Below are positions 8,185-17,646 of a DNA stretch of 54,838 bases, piece after piece. Each line of letters opens with the position of its first letter. The stretch's first letter is position 1. Origin of the DNA: Candidatus Woesearchaeota archaeon (GTDB lineage Archaea > Nanobdellota > Nanobdellia > SCGC-AAA011-G17 > JACPNG01); assembly GCA_018303365.1 (NCBI GenBank), contig JAGVYI010000021.1, positions 1 through 54,838 on the forward strand, in the 5' to 3' direction. Position numbers and translations under genes: made by a program. The notes beneath the pieces are model-generated. The model made no database searches and was not told where the DNA came from. It saw only the letters and a program-made list of their open reading frames with translations.

Positions 8185-9637
8185 TTTTCTGCACTTTTTT
8201 TAGCGTGTATTGGAGGGGGTTTTTTATTGTCCTGCACCAATTGTCCGGATTACACACCCCGAACTCCAAGTAATACGCCTTGTTTGCGCAGTTGGGGGGT
8301 GGGATTTTTTCTTTTTGTCTTCTATGCCAGCTTTGCTGTGCCCTGATGTATCCTTCCCTAAGAGGCTCACTATTTTTTTTATTCCATTCTTCCAGCTTTT
8401 CCTGTATTTCGTTGTCTTTCCATCCCAGACCTTTAAAAAAGTTGATAAGAATAAATACAGATCTTTTTTTCCCGTCTTTTTGTATTCCTTCAAGTATTTT
8501 CCTGATGCATGGTGGAAACTGCTTTTCATCTTTTATTGCTATTTTTGGAACTTCAAATTCCTTTTGGGGATTTTCATCCTTTTCTTCAACAAACTTGGGA
8601 TTATAATCAAATGCCTGGATGATGAGCCTGTCTGCTTCACCAGATGTTGCTTTAGCTGCATCAAGAAATTTGAATCTAGATATGATTACCTTTTCAGGCT
8701 GGGCCTTTGTCTTGTTAAATTCTTCTATCCTATCGAGGTTTATCGGTATTGAGACAAGCCCTGATTTTTCATGCAAGCTATATACACTCCTATATAAATG
8801 GCGCTGGCTTATAAGCAACGTGTCGATTGCAAGGTCTATCTTCTCTTTGAACTTGACGCCTTCACATGCGCTACATCTCTCGTTTATTTCACCTATTTTT
8901 TGCATTAATTTTCCACAATGTGGGCATGTTATATAATTCTCACTGCTTTTTTCCTCCTTTCTACACCATTTGCAGATAAAGGCCTGGTTTTTTTCTTCCT
9001 CTTTCTTTTGCCTACCGCAATCTATACAGATAACTTTAACATATCCTTTTGTATCTTCTCCGTTTCCTTCAAGTATCCTCTTTATTTCCTCGGTTATGTT
9101 ATACTTTTCCTGAATGTAACCTTCAAGGTACATTACAATCCTCTTGATTCCTTCTGGAAATAGGTTACGCAATGGTTTGCTGTTTATTGTGAGGTCTTTT
9201 GAGAATGCTTCGTAAGGCACCCCTATATGAAATCCTTTATTACCCGAGAATTTTATGCTTATTGCCTTTATACCATGGTCTTTGATTGCCCTGACCATCT
9301 GCTTTGCCACATGCTTTGCCACATCCCATACTTCAAAGTCAATATCAACTATCAAGTCCCATCCTGACCTAATCCTTTCTAATTCTCTTTTTGTCATTCC
9401 TGCAGCAAGTTCCAAAGGATTTAGCCAATGCTCTTCTGATACGTGAATGGATGTTGCGCCTTGTCTTGCCAGCTCAAGAATGTCCCCTTCAAATTGTAAT
9501 ATATCCGGCCTTCTTCCAAAGCCTTTTTCCGCATATTTTGCTGCTACTTCCCTTCCCCGGGTTGTTCTTAGAATTTCTCTTTGAATGTCCTTTCTAGTGT
9601 AAAACGCCCATGCTTTTGTTTCATTTTTCTCTTTCAT
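8162..9637 (-). CDS. priS: DNA primase, single-chain PriS catalytic domain fused to a PriL-CTD-like Fe-S domain
   Basis: AEP motifs LIVDIDFE, FSGNKGFHIGV and AIDTLL..LYRSVYSLHEKSG. Zn knuckles CIDCG..CKWC and CPHCG..CSAC. C-terminus has FPPCIRK..PPPNC..GVCNPDNWC..IKNPLQY as in PriL-CTD. Confidence 0.85.
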   Translation of the reverse strand: MKEKNETKAWAFYTRKDIQREILRTTRGREVAAKYAEKGFGRRPDILQFEGDILELARQGATSIHVSEEHWLNPLELAAGMTKRELERIRSGWDLIVDIDFEVWDVAKHVAKQMVRAIKDHGIKAISIKFSGNKGFHIGVPYEAFSKDLTINSKPLRNLFPEGIKRIVMYLEGYIQEKYNITEEIKRILEGNGEDTKGYVKVICIDCGRQKKEEEKNQAFICKWCRKEEKSSENYITCPHCGKLMQKIGEINERCSACEGVKFKEKIDLAIDTLLISQRHLYRSVYSLHEKSGLVSIPINLDRIEEFNKTKAQPEKVIISRFKFLDAAKATSGEADRLIIQAFDYNPKFVEEKDENPQKEFEVPKIAIKDEKQFPPCIRKILEGIQKDGKKRSVFILINFFKGLGWKDNEIQEKLEEWNKKNSEPLREGYIRAQQSWHRRQKEKIPPPNCANKAYYLEFGVCNPDNWCRTIKNPLQYTLKKVQKTKKSQAR

Positions 9638-10034
9638 CCTCTTCTTGCAGTCCTCTTTGAAGGGTTATAGCTTTTTCTATTCTCTTTTTTATCTCACTTT
9701 CTATTTCTTCCAGGCTATTTCTCACTTCTTTTTCATGCTTTGCTATGCTTTCCTTTGTTTCTTTATGGGTTTTTTCTATGATGATATCTGCTCCAACATT
9801 TACAAAGTACTTGTCTGATTTTCCTAGCTTCGCCCTTGTAAATATCCCTTGCCCTACCGCTACGAGGCTGTCCTCTTCTTTTTGTCTTTGCAGGTCTTCG
9901 ATATTTTGCGCCAAGGTTATAAGTTCAGTTATTTGATGCTTCATCTGATCTTTGTGCTGCTCTAATAGCTCCAATTCCTTTCCGATTGCCTGAAGATCTG
10001 CATACTCTTCACGCTTTTTTTCTGTCTCTTCCAT
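9621..10034 (-). CDS. pfdA: prefoldin alpha subunit
   Basis: Coiled coils flank the double beta-hairpin LVAVGQGIFTRAKL..DKYFVNVGADIIIEKT. Confidence 0.8.
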   Translation of the reverse strand: MEETEKKREEYADLQAIGKELELLEQHKDQMKHQITELITLAQNIEDLQRQKEEDSLVAVGQGIFTRAKLGKSDKYFVNVGADIIIEKTHKETKESIAKHEKEVRNSLEEIESEIKKRIEKAITLQRGLQEEDEREK

Positions 10035-10335
10035 TTTTGTCCTGTTTTTTTCCTCTGTTTTTTTCCGGTTTTTGTGTTTTCTGCTTCTCCTTTTTCACCT
10101 TCTTTTTTATTGGAATCCCTTCTTTTTTGAGAATTTCCTGCACCTTTTGTGTTGTTGTGTCTTTTCCTATTTCATATTTTTTTTCAAGAGGCTCAACGTG
10201 TTTTCGGTTGGTTTTTCTTCTTCTTGTATTTCCATCAATCAGTATTCTATCCTTACCCAACACTTCCAAGATGATTCCGTACTCCCCTTTATCCCGCCCT
10301 GCAATTTTCTTACACAATCTTCCTTTTTCAAACAT
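10009..10335 (-). CDS. rpl14e: 50S ribosomal protein L14e with Lys-rich C-terminal tail
   Basis: KOW-like GRLCKKIAGRDKGEYGIILEVL..RILIDG. Confidence 0.85.
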   Translation of the reverse strand: MFEKGRLCKKIAGRDKGEYGIILEVLGKDRILIDGNTRRRKTNRKHVEPLEKKYEIGKDTTTQKVQEILKKEGIPIKKKVKKEKQKTQKPEKNRGKKQDKNGRDRKKA

Positions 10336-10348
10336 TTTCCCCCCTTTG

Positions 10349-10783
10349 TCAGTGAACTTTAAGGACTTTTCTTATTATTATACTAAATAATACTGAGGCC
10401 ACAAGGTATACGATTATCCAATTTAGTGGCCCTATCAGTGGTCCCAAAGGGGAATAAGCCCCCCTTAACCAGTTAAAGACAATTAAAAATGGAATAAAGG
10501 TTACCAGTAACGGCTTGAAGCTGTGGGTTAGATACTGGAGGTTTTTCTCCATAGCTTTTTTCTGTAGGTCTAACCTCTCCTGGTTGTCTTTGGATTCCTT
10601 CATCATTTTTTGGTGTTCTTTTAGCTCTTCTTTGAGAGACTTCATCTTTTCCTGATCTGTTAACCATTTATAGGCTAAACTTGAGAGCAAGGTTAATATG
10701 AAGGCAACCAGTACAAGGCCCCCTAATGGAGACGCTTCAATTACCTTCCCGAAAATTGTATTAAAGAACCCTTCAAGTACCAC
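10349..10783 (-). CDS. DUF106/EMC3-like membrane protein (archaeal YidC/Oxa1-like insertase)
   Basis: TM, then coiled coil (KMKSLKEELKEHQKMMKE..QKKAMEKN), then two TMs. In the usual position just downstream of secY. Confidence 0.75.
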   Translation of the reverse strand: MVLEGFFNTIFGKVIEASPLGGLVLVAFILTLLSSLAYKWLTDQEKMKSLKEELKEHQKMMKESKDNQERLDLQKKAMEKNLQYLTHSFKPLLVTFIPFLIVFNWLRGAYSPLGPLIGPLNWIIVYLVASVLFSIIIRKVLKVH

Positions 10784-12238
10784 TTATTTCCCCCCTGCTA
10801 TTACTTTTCTTAGCGAGGGATGCATATCCATCATATGGTCTTTCGCTATTTCTTCATATAGCTTGTAGATTATCATAACAGCAAGCAGTATTCCTGTTCC
10901 TCTTGACAGGGCACCAAGAACGTCTGCTGTTGCTGCAAGCAGCCCTACCGTGGCCCCTCCCATTATCGTGAGTGGAAATATATATCTTGAAAGGATCTGC
11001 TCTATTACCCTTGGATCTCTTCTAAACCCGGGTACTTGCAATCCAGAGGCCATAATCTGCTCTGCCTGCGACCTTGCATCCATTCCTGATGTCTGTACCC
11101 AAAATATTGAGAAGATAGTTGATCCTATGATTAATATAAAGGTATATACTGCCGCCTGCCCGACTGCCCCAAATGGAAACAGCCCAGATCTTATGCCTAT
11201 AAATATTTCCTGAATAAGATTTGGGGGGTTTAGGTAAAACGCAAGGCCAGAAACCGGTACTTGCCCGACAAATTGGCCAAGGATTTTCTGGGAAAAGAAT
11301 GCCAATAGTCCTGCCTCTCCTGCCCTATTTTGTACCAGCTGTGCAAGAAGCTGGAAATTTGCAAGAAGCGCTGCTATAAGTATGACAGGGATGTTTGAAG
11401 TGTACATAAAATTGAGGGGCCACCTAATTCCATGCCCCCTTATCCTTCCAAACGAGAGGGGAATCTCTACTTTCATTGCTTGAGCGTAAACCGCTATTAC
11501 AAAGACGAGGATTGTTGCAAGTATTGCTGCAAGTGCCAAGAATCCAGTATCCAGCTGCCTTGAAAAAATAGCTCCGATAAGCGCCCAAACCCTTCCTACG
11601 GGGTCTGCTCCTGCACCAAGGGCTATTGTTCCTGTTGAACTTAGTGGAGAGAATGCCCTTACAAATATCTCTGTAGAGACCTGGGCTGCAATGAAAAGGG
11701 ATATTCCAGACCCGAATCCCCATTTATTTATCACTTCGTCCATATAGAGCACAATTATACCACCTAAAAACAGCTGGAAGACAATGAACCATTGCATGAG
11801 TACAAACTGAGATGGTGGAAGCGCTGCTGATGGAGCGAGGCTTCCAATAAAGACAAAGACCACTGCTTCAAATATTATGAAAAATATTGCCAGTATCTTT
11901 TGCACTCCTTGGAAAAATGCCCTTCCCTCTGGAGTTTTGGTGTCAAATTTTACTATCCCTGAACCATTTAGGAGTTGCAATACTATAGATGCTGTAACGA
12001 TAGGTCCTATTCCAAGCGAGAGTATTGTTCCAAAACTTGCTGCCAGAATAATCTGGAACTGCGCAAACTGGTTTTCAAAAGCTGAGGACAGTCCAAAAAG
12101 GCTTATGTTTGAAAGTATAAAAAAACCCGTGAGAATTATGAGCGTCCACTTGAGTTTTTCTTTAAATGAGAGTCTTTTCTGCTCCGGACCTTTTACTTCA
12201 GGAAGACTCGTTATTATCTTTTTGAGTAGTTCTTTCAT
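10784..12238 (-). CDS. secY: preprotein translocase subunit SecY
   Basis: 10-TM protein follows rpl15. N-terminus LPEVKGPEQKRLSFKEKLKWT and a typical SecY TM pattern. Confidence 0.95.
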   Translation of the reverse strand: MKELLKKIITSLPEVKGPEQKRLSFKEKLKWTLIILTGFFILSNISLFGLSSAFENQFAQFQIILAASFGTILSLGIGPIVTASIVLQLLNGSGIVKFDTKTPEGRAFFQGVQKILAIFFIIFEAVVFVFIGSLAPSAALPPSQFVLMQWFIVFQLFLGGIIVLYMDEVINKWGFGSGISLFIAAQVSTEIFVRAFSPLSSTGTIALGAGADPVGRVWALIGAIFSRQLDTGFLALAAILATILVFVIAVYAQAMKVEIPLSFGRIRGHGIRWPLNFMYTSNIPVILIAALLANFQLLAQLVQNRAGEAGLLAFFSQKILGQFVGQVPVSGLAFYLNPPNLIQEIFIGIRSGLFPFGAVGQAAVYTFILIIGSTIFSIFWVQTSGMDARSQAEQIMASGLQVPGFRRDPRVIEQILSRYIFPLTIMGGATVGLLAATADVLGALSRGTGILLAVMIIYKLYEEIAKDHMMDMHPSLRKVIAGGK

Positions 12239-12638
12239 TTGCCTTTTGCTCTTTTACTTGACCACCTTTTTTTTCAATTTTCTCTACTGCCTTTTTTGTA
12301 ACTTTTTCTACGATTATACTCAACTTTTCTTTTACTTCTCCTTTCCCTAGAAGTTTTGTGTACCCTTTCTCTATGAGATTTATCTGGTTTGTTTGGAAGC
12401 TCTTCAATTCCCCCACGTTTATCGCTTTTTCATATTTCTTATTTTTCTTGACAAAACCCCTTTTTCCAAAATAAGTTTCTTCCAAGCGCAAGATTGTAGG
12501 TTTTTTCTGATCTGCTCTTTTTCCAGATCCAGCCATTCCTCTTCCTCCACGGTTTCCTGCTCCCCTGTGCTTTTTCTTACTCCCCCAACCGTGAGTCTTG
12601 TGACCCCTTTGCTTTGTCACCTTTTTCTTTTTCTGCAT
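12198..12638 (-). CDS. rpl15: 50S ribosomal protein L15 (uL15)
   Basis: RGHKTHGWGSKKKHRGAGNRGGRGMAGSGKR, and operon position. Confidence 0.95.
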   Translation of the reverse strand: MQKKKKVTKQRGHKTHGWGSKKKHRGAGNRGGRGMAGSGKRADQKKPTILRLEETYFGKRGFVKKNKKYEKAINVGELKSFQTNQINLIEKGYTKLLGKGEVKEKLSIIVEKVTKKAVEKIEKKGGQVKEQKANERTTQKDNNESS

Positions 12639-12639
12639 T

Positions 12640-13116
12640 TTAGAGCATCCTCATAATCAATTCATTGATTTTATCCTTTCTGTATCCAAGCACTCCTCCG
12701 ACGGCATACGTTTTTTTGATTCCCTTTCTTTCGAATCCTTTTTCAGGAGGCCTGAGTCTGAAGAATCTCTTTAAACCAGGGATGTCCTTCAATTCTTTTT
12801 TACCTTCGAAATATTCTTTCGTAAACCCGTCTATTGTTGTCTTGGTCTTCTCCTCAAGATATTTTTCTGTTAGTGACTTACTTCCTGGGAGCTTTCCTCT
12901 TTTTTTTAGCAGCTCTGTAAACGTTTTTTCATTAATCTCCCCCCACGTCACATAATCTTTTACTTTTTTTATCATCCCATGTGCTGCTTTTGCGTTTGGC
13001 ACTACTGTACATGTGTTTTTATTAAATAATCTTAACATTCGCATTGTCCCTTCTATCTCTTTTCTTACGTTTATTTTTCCCCTTATCCTAACTATTGCTA
13101 TTTTTATGTTTGTCAT
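12640..13116 (-). CDS. rpl30: 50S ribosomal protein L30 (uL30)
   Basis: IAIVRIRGKINVRKEIEGTMRMLRL, and operon position. Confidence 0.93.
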   Translation of the reverse strand: MTNIKIAIVRIRGKINVRKEIEGTMRMLRLFNKNTCTVVPNAKAAHGMIKKVKDYVTWGEINEKTFTELLKKRGKLPGSKSLTEKYLEEKTKTTIDGFTKEYFEGKKELKDIPGLKRFFRLRPPEKGFERKGIKKTYAVGGVLGYRKDKINELIMRML

Positions 13117-13816
13117 CCTTGATTTTCTCTTCTTCTCCCACTTTCATTTCAGTCAGCTTTTTTAGAGCATCAAAACAAGCATAAATAAGATTTATTTTTG
13201 TCCCTGTTTTTCCCCTTGTTTTGGAGTAGATGTCCTTGATACCTGCTAGTTCAAGCATTTTTGCGCACTCTCCTTCTACTCTTAGACCGGTTCCCTTTGG
13301 GGCAGGCATGAGTTTTACCCTTACAGAACCACACTTTCCCTCTACCCTGAAGGGGATTGAATGTGGTTCATTAATATTTGATTCCCATGAGCCTGAGCCT
13401 CTTTTGACTTTTATTATGTCCAGTTTTGCCCTTCTTGTAGCTTTCTCTCTTGCAGGCACAGTTTCCTTTGCTTTTCCCTTTCCAATACCAACGTATCCGT
13501 GCCTATTCCCTACAACAACTATTGCAGAGAATTTTGGCTTATTCCCCTCTTTTGTCTTTTTCTGTGTCTGTTTCCAAATACTACTTTTTCCTCCACCGAA
13601 CTTTCCTTTTGACTGTCCACTTCTAAAGATATCCACTTCCATATCTGGCATAAGGCTTTCTGTAATCTCTGGCTCAAGTATCCGCATTCCCCTTCCTACG
13701 ACTTCTTCAATATCAGTTATTTCTCCTGCTTTTACCCTCTTTCCAAGGTCAGTTTTTGGTTTCCAAGCTGTCCCTTCTTCTTTTACTTCTTCTTTCTCAG
13801 TTTGTTTTTCTTCCAT
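13088..13816 (-). CDS. rps5: 30S ribosomal protein S5 (uS5) with acidic/basic N-terminal extension
   Basis: FSAIVVVGNRHGYVGIGKGKAKE..AIRRA-like core, and operon position. Confidence 0.95.
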   Translation of the reverse strand: MEEKQTEKEEVKEEGTAWKPKTDLGKRVKAGEITDIEEVVGRGMRILEPEITESLMPDMEVDIFRSGQSKGKFGGGKSSIWKQTQKKTKEGNKPKFSAIVVVGNRHGYVGIGKGKAKETVPAREKATRRAKLDIIKVKRGSGSWESNINEPHSIPFRVEGKCGSVRVKLMPAPKGTGLRVEGECAKMLELAGIKDIYSKTRGKTGTKINLIYACFDALKKLTEMKVGEEEKIKDDKHKNSNS

Positions 13817-13819
13817 TTT

Positions 13820-14332
13820 TTAACTTCCAGTGATTTTGCTTTTTACTTCTTCATAAATCTTTTCCATTGCTACATGTGCAGATTTTGTGTAGGTCGTCTT
13901 TGTGTTTTTTTGAATATGTTCACCTCTTATTCTAGTTTCATCTGGGAATGCTTTTTCATCTGCCGTAATTTCAAGGCCCGCATCCTTTGCTCCCTTCACA
14001 ACTGCAAATACAACCCCCTTTTTTACAGGGGTTCTTCTTCCAATGTCTACCACCACCTTTGTTATCTTCTTTTCCTTTGATTTTTTTGCAATCAGGCTTC
14101 CAAGGAGATAGCCTGCCGGAATATTTCTCGTTGCCCCGGTCCATCCAAATTCTTTTAGCTCTCCTGTTGAAGCGCTTGTTATTACCTTGTCCCCTCCTTT
14201 ATTGTATTCTACTACTTGGGACATAATTTTTTTATTTGACGCTCTTATGACTAGACGGGCTGCGCCTGATTTTAGCAGCTCCAAACGTTTCTTGTAGTCA
14301 GTTTTTCCCTGCCTTTTTCTTTTCTGCATCAT
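13820..14332 (-). CDS. rpl18: 50S ribosomal protein L18 (uL18)
   Basis: RKRQGKTDYKKRLELLKSG..RLVIRASNKKIMSQVV. Confidence 0.95.
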   Translation of the reverse strand: MMQKRKRQGKTDYKKRLELLKSGAARLVIRASNKKIMSQVVEYNKGGDKVITSASTGELKEFGWTGATRNIPAGYLLGSLIAKKSKEKKITKVVVDIGRRTPVKKGVVFAVVKGAKDAGLEITADEKAFPDETRIRGEHIQKNTKTTYTKSAHVAMEKIYEEVKSKITGS

Positions 14333-14786
14333 TTTCTTTCTTTTTTATTAGACCCTTCTCTTCAATATAGATTTTAATGTGCCTTTTGTTTCTAAAGAAC
14401 CCACCCTTAACCTTAGTATAGAGTTCTTTGAAATCCTCCCTTGCAATCATCCCTTTTTCCTTGAGCTTTCTTAGTAATTCTCTTTGTACCCTTACTTTTT
14501 GCATCCACATTCTCTTTCTTGGAAGGCGACTCGTTTTCCTTCCTTTCCTAGACCCAGCCCCCTTTTTCCTCCCTTTTCTTTTTTGCTGGAGGCTCTTTCT
14601 TTTTCTACCCCTTGAATTTTTCTTTTCAGGCATCTTTTTAATAGCTTTTTTTGCAATTAGCGACCTCACGTCCGCCTTTGTTATTGCTTCTTTTACATCC
14701 TGCAATTTATCATTATCAAATAATACCCTTGACTGTCCTACTTTAAGGACTTGTGCAGCTATTCTTCTTTGGGTTGTTAATTTCAT
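14298..14786 (-). CDS. rpl19e: 50S ribosomal protein L19e
   Basis: LTTQRRIAAQVLKVGQSRVLFD..SRGRKRK..GAGSRKG. Confidence 0.95.
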   Translation of the reverse strand: MKLTTQRRIAAQVLKVGQSRVLFDNDKLQDVKEAITKADVRSLIAKKAIKKMPEKKNSRGRKRKSLQQKRKGRKKGAGSRKGRKTSRLPRKRMWMQKVRVQRELLRKLKEKGMIAREDFKELYTKVKGGFFRNKRHIKIYIEEKGLIKKKENDAEKKKAGKN

Positions 14787-15313
14787 TTTGTCTTCTTTTC
14801 AAGCACTTTTCTCTTTTCTTCCTTCTCTTTTTTTTCTTTGTCTTCTTTTAACTCCTCTTTTGCCTTCTCTTCTTTCTCTTGTTTATTCGCTTCTTCTTTC
14901 TTTTCTTCTTTCCTCTTCCTTTTTTCCTTATTTTTCTTACGTTCTTCTTCTTCTCTCTCGATAAAGGCTTTTGTGTCTTTTATTCCGAGAATTGTCAGAT
15001 CTTTTTTTCCTGCTTCTTTTATTATTTGTATCTTCTTTTTTAATCCAACCTTCCCGCTAAGGTATATTACTCGTCCCTTCTCTACCATTCCCAATTCCTT
15101 TATCGAACTTATTCTTGCCGGCTTTTTTTCTACGGGCTTCTTTTTACTTCCATATCCGATAGATGGAATGTTTCTTTTTCCCCTGCCAGTCCTTCGCAAT
15201 TTTGAATGAATTCCTTTGGGCTTTCTCCATACATTCTTTAACTTCTTCTTTTTGTATATGTCCTGTCTTAAGAATACCGGTTTCTTTTTTGTTTTCTCTG
15301 CTATCTGTTTCAT
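14783..15313 (-). CDS. rpl32e: 50S ribosomal protein L32e with ~58-aa K/E-rich C-terminal tail
   Basis: FLRQDIYKKKKLKNVWRKPKGIHSKLR core, then a tail EREEEERKKNKEKRKRKEEKKEE... Confidence 0.92.
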   Translation of the reverse strand: MKQIAEKTKKKPVFLRQDIYKKKKLKNVWRKPKGIHSKLRRTGRGKRNIPSIGYGSKKKPVEKKPARISSIKELGMVEKGRVIYLSGKVGLKKKIQIIKEAGKKDLTILGIKDTKAFIEREEEERKKNKEKRKRKEEKKEEANKQEKEEKAKEELKEDKEKKEKEEKRKVLEKKTK

Positions 15314-15834
15314 CTTTTCGCTCTTTTTACAATATATATCCCATCTTGGAACCTTCGCCTGTCAAAACCTGTTCTTTTTGTAGCTTTTTCTATATTTGCC
15401 GCTGTTTGCCCTACTTTTTCAATATCTTTCCCTTTTACAGTGACCATCGCTCCTTCTACCTTAACCTCTGTTCCAGCGATAACCTTTGCTCTTCGCGGTA
15501 CTTTCTCTCCAAGGTAGTTCTTTATGACTACACTATTCCCTTCTACACTTACCATCATTGGGAAGTGGCTTGAGCATATCTTTAGGCAAACTTCAAACCC
15601 ATTTGTTTCACCCTTTATCATATTCTGGATGTGTGCCTTGAACGTATAGAGCATCTTCTTCTCCCTTTTTGTTGCTCCATTTGCCATGATGGATATCTCA
15701 TCGTCTTTTCTTTGCAGCTTTACTCTTGGGTGCGCAAATCTCCTTTCTTGCTCACCTATTTTTACAACATTACCAACTACCTCATACTGAAGGTCTGCAG
15801 GCACTTTTACCTTTTCTGCGATTGTCTGTTTCAT
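15310..15834 (-). CDS. rpl6: 50S ribosomal protein L6 (uL6)
   Basis: Two-domain uL6 pattern (VKVEGAMVTVKGKDIEKVGQTAANIE), and operon position. Confidence 0.93.
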   Translation of the reverse strand: MKQTIAEKVKVPADLQYEVVGNVVKIGEQERRFAHPRVKLQRKDDEISIMANGATKREKKMLYTFKAHIQNMIKGETNGFEVCLKICSSHFPMMVSVEGNSVVIKNYLGEKVPRRAKVIAGTEVKVEGAMVTVKGKDIEKVGQTAANIEKATKRTGFDRRRFQDGIYIVKRAKR

Positions 15835-15837
15835 CGT

Positions 15838-16227
15838 CTAGTACACATAAGAGATTAATTTCCCACCTATCTCTTTCTCCTTTGCTTTTTCATGGGTCAT
15901 AATCCCTTTTGATGTGCTTACTATGATGATTCCAAAATTCCTTGCAGGAAGGAACCTTTTTTCATATTTCTCGAAATTTTCTTTCTTGACTGAGAACCTT
16001 GGTTTGATTGTCCCTGTCTTGTTAATCCTTCCTCTAAGTGTTACCTTGGCTATACCTCCCTTTTTATCATCAATATACTCCACTTCTCCAAGATATCCTT
16101 CCTTTTGCATAATCTCAAATACACTTTTCGTTACTCTTGATATTTTTCTTACTATACATCCTTTTTTCCCTACCTTCTCTGCATTTTGGATGCAGCAGAG
16201 AGCATTTGCTAAAGTGTCGTTTAACAT
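15838..16227 (-). CDS. rps8: 30S ribosomal protein S8 (uS8)
   Basis: MLNDTLANALCCIQNAEKVGK..GIIIVSTSKGIMTHEKA. Confidence 0.95.
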   Translation of the reverse strand: MLNDTLANALCCIQNAEKVGKKGCIVRKISRVTKSVFEIMQKEGYLGEVEYIDDKKGGIAKVTLRGRINKTGTIKPRFSVKKENFEKYEKRFLPARNFGIIIVSTSKGIMTHEKAKEKEIGGKLISYVY

Positions 16228-16228
16228 C

Positions 16229-16459
16229 TTAATTGTATTTTTTGAATCCTATTTTTGTTGCATTTAATCTGAAGCATCTGCGACAAAGGTGAATCCCATA
16301 TCGCCCTATAAAACCTCTTGCGCTTCCACAGTACCTACATTTTTTTGTGCTTTTTCCGAAGTTCCTTTTCTTTGGAGCATTGTGCTTTATGAATTTCTTC
16401 AACTTTGCTGGTTTTCTTTCAAGCTGTTTGAATACTTTGCTGTGATTGCTTGTTGTCAT
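16229..16459 (-). CDS. rps14: 30S ribosomal protein S14 (uS14), Zn-ribbon type
   Basis: CRYCGSARGFIGRYGIHLCRRCFR. Confidence 0.93.
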   Translation of the reverse strand: MTTSNHSKVFKQLERKPAKLKKFIKHNAPKKRNFGKSTKKCRYCGSARGFIGRYGIHLCRRCFRLNATKIGFKKYN

Positions 16460-16962
16460 GCCTGTTCACCAACCTTCACCTTGAACTTTTCTTGCATAAA
16501 CCTTATAGCTTCTTCTTTTGTTATCCTTTGTTTTTGCTTGATTCTCCTCTTTTGATTGTGCCTTCTTTTTATCCTAAACCCCATTCTTTCCAAAGTTACT
16601 GCCATTTCAAGCCCAATGATTCCTATTTGTGGATCATAGTCTACTCCCGGTACTTCAAGATATTCCTTTATCCCAAATGATACGTTGCCCTCTTTGTCGA
16701 ATTTACTTTCTTCAAGTTTGTTCTCTTTTGCAACAAGAATCCTTGCTAATACTTCCTCTGCCCTCTTTTTTCTAAGCGTTACTTTGCATCCTATTTTTAG
16801 CCCAGGTCTCACACCCCATGTCGGAATTCTCTTTTTTGCCTTTGTCTCGATAGGCTTTGATTCTGTGATTTTTGCCAAAAGTCTTTTTGCTTTCTCAAGT
16901 TTGTCCCCTGGCTCTCCAGTTCCGATATTCAATGTCAGCTTTTCTATTCTTACTTCTTTCAT
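16456..16962 (-). CDS. rpl5: 50S ribosomal protein L5 (uL5)
   Basis: VRIEKLTLNIGTGE..FGIKEYLEVPGVDYDP. Confidence 0.95.
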   Translation of the reverse strand: MKEVRIEKLTLNIGTGEPGDKLEKAKRLLAKITESKPIETKAKKRIPTWGVRPGLKIGCKVTLRKKRAEEVLARILVAKENKLEESKFDKEGNVSFGIKEYLEVPGVDYDPQIGIIGLEMAVTLERMGFRIKRRHNQKRRIKQKQRITKEEAIRFMQEKFKVKVGEQA

Positions 16963-17646
16963 TTATCCTTTCACCACAAAGACATATTTTTTGAGAGTTT
17001 CCATCTTTCCCTTCCCTGTCCCGCAAATTATCCTCTGCGGTTGTACGCCCTTTCTTTCTTTCATTTCTTCTACTTTAGTCGCTTCCCCTTTGTGCTTTCC
17101 TTCTATAATCCTTGCCGGAGCTTTCTTTTCTAATTTCAAATGCTCAACTATCCTCTTTTTTTCGAGGTCAAAGATGATTGAGTCTCCAACTTCATATTCG
17201 TCTTTTTCTACAAGGATATTCTTTCCATCATAAAGGTTGAGCTGGGTCTTTTTTTCCTTCAATAGTGTCTTTCCCATTATGCGGCAAGTCTTTTTTGTTG
17301 CTTCTTTTATGTCAACTTTTTTTGGGATTAACCTTCCTCTTGTGTCAAGGTCTATTACATAAGCTTCTTTTATCCTAGGTATTTCTATAACATCCATAAA
17401 CCCGATAGGGAATCTGTGGTCCTTTCTTGCTTTTTTGTCAACCATAACCTCTTTATGTGCGAGTATTTTCTTTACTTCTCTAGTTGTAGCTGCGTACTTT
17501 AGTATATCTTTGAGGAGTATGTTCAGGGTTATTGCCTTTCTTAAGCTGTGAGGTCCAGGTCTTGCTCTTGCTACAAATTCCTGTTCCTTTCTTTTGATTG
17601 GCCAATGTGCGGGTGTGTTGAGTCTTTTCAGGTGCCCTTTTGTCAC
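16963..17646 (-). CDS. rps4e: 30S ribosomal protein S4e
   Basis: GHLKRLNTPAHWPIKRKE..FVARARPGPHS. Confidence 0.95.
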   Translation of the reverse strand: MTKGHLKRLNTPAHWPIKRKEQEFVARARPGPHSLRKAITLNILLKDILKYAATTREVKKILAHKEVMVDKKARKDHRFPIGFMDVIEIPRIKEAYVIDLDTRGRLIPKKVDIKEATKKTCRIMGKTLLKEKKTQLNLYDGKNILVEKDEYEVGDSIIFDLEKKRIVEHLKLEKKAPARIIEGKHKGEATKVEEMKERKGVQPQRIICGTGKGKMETLKKYVFVVKG

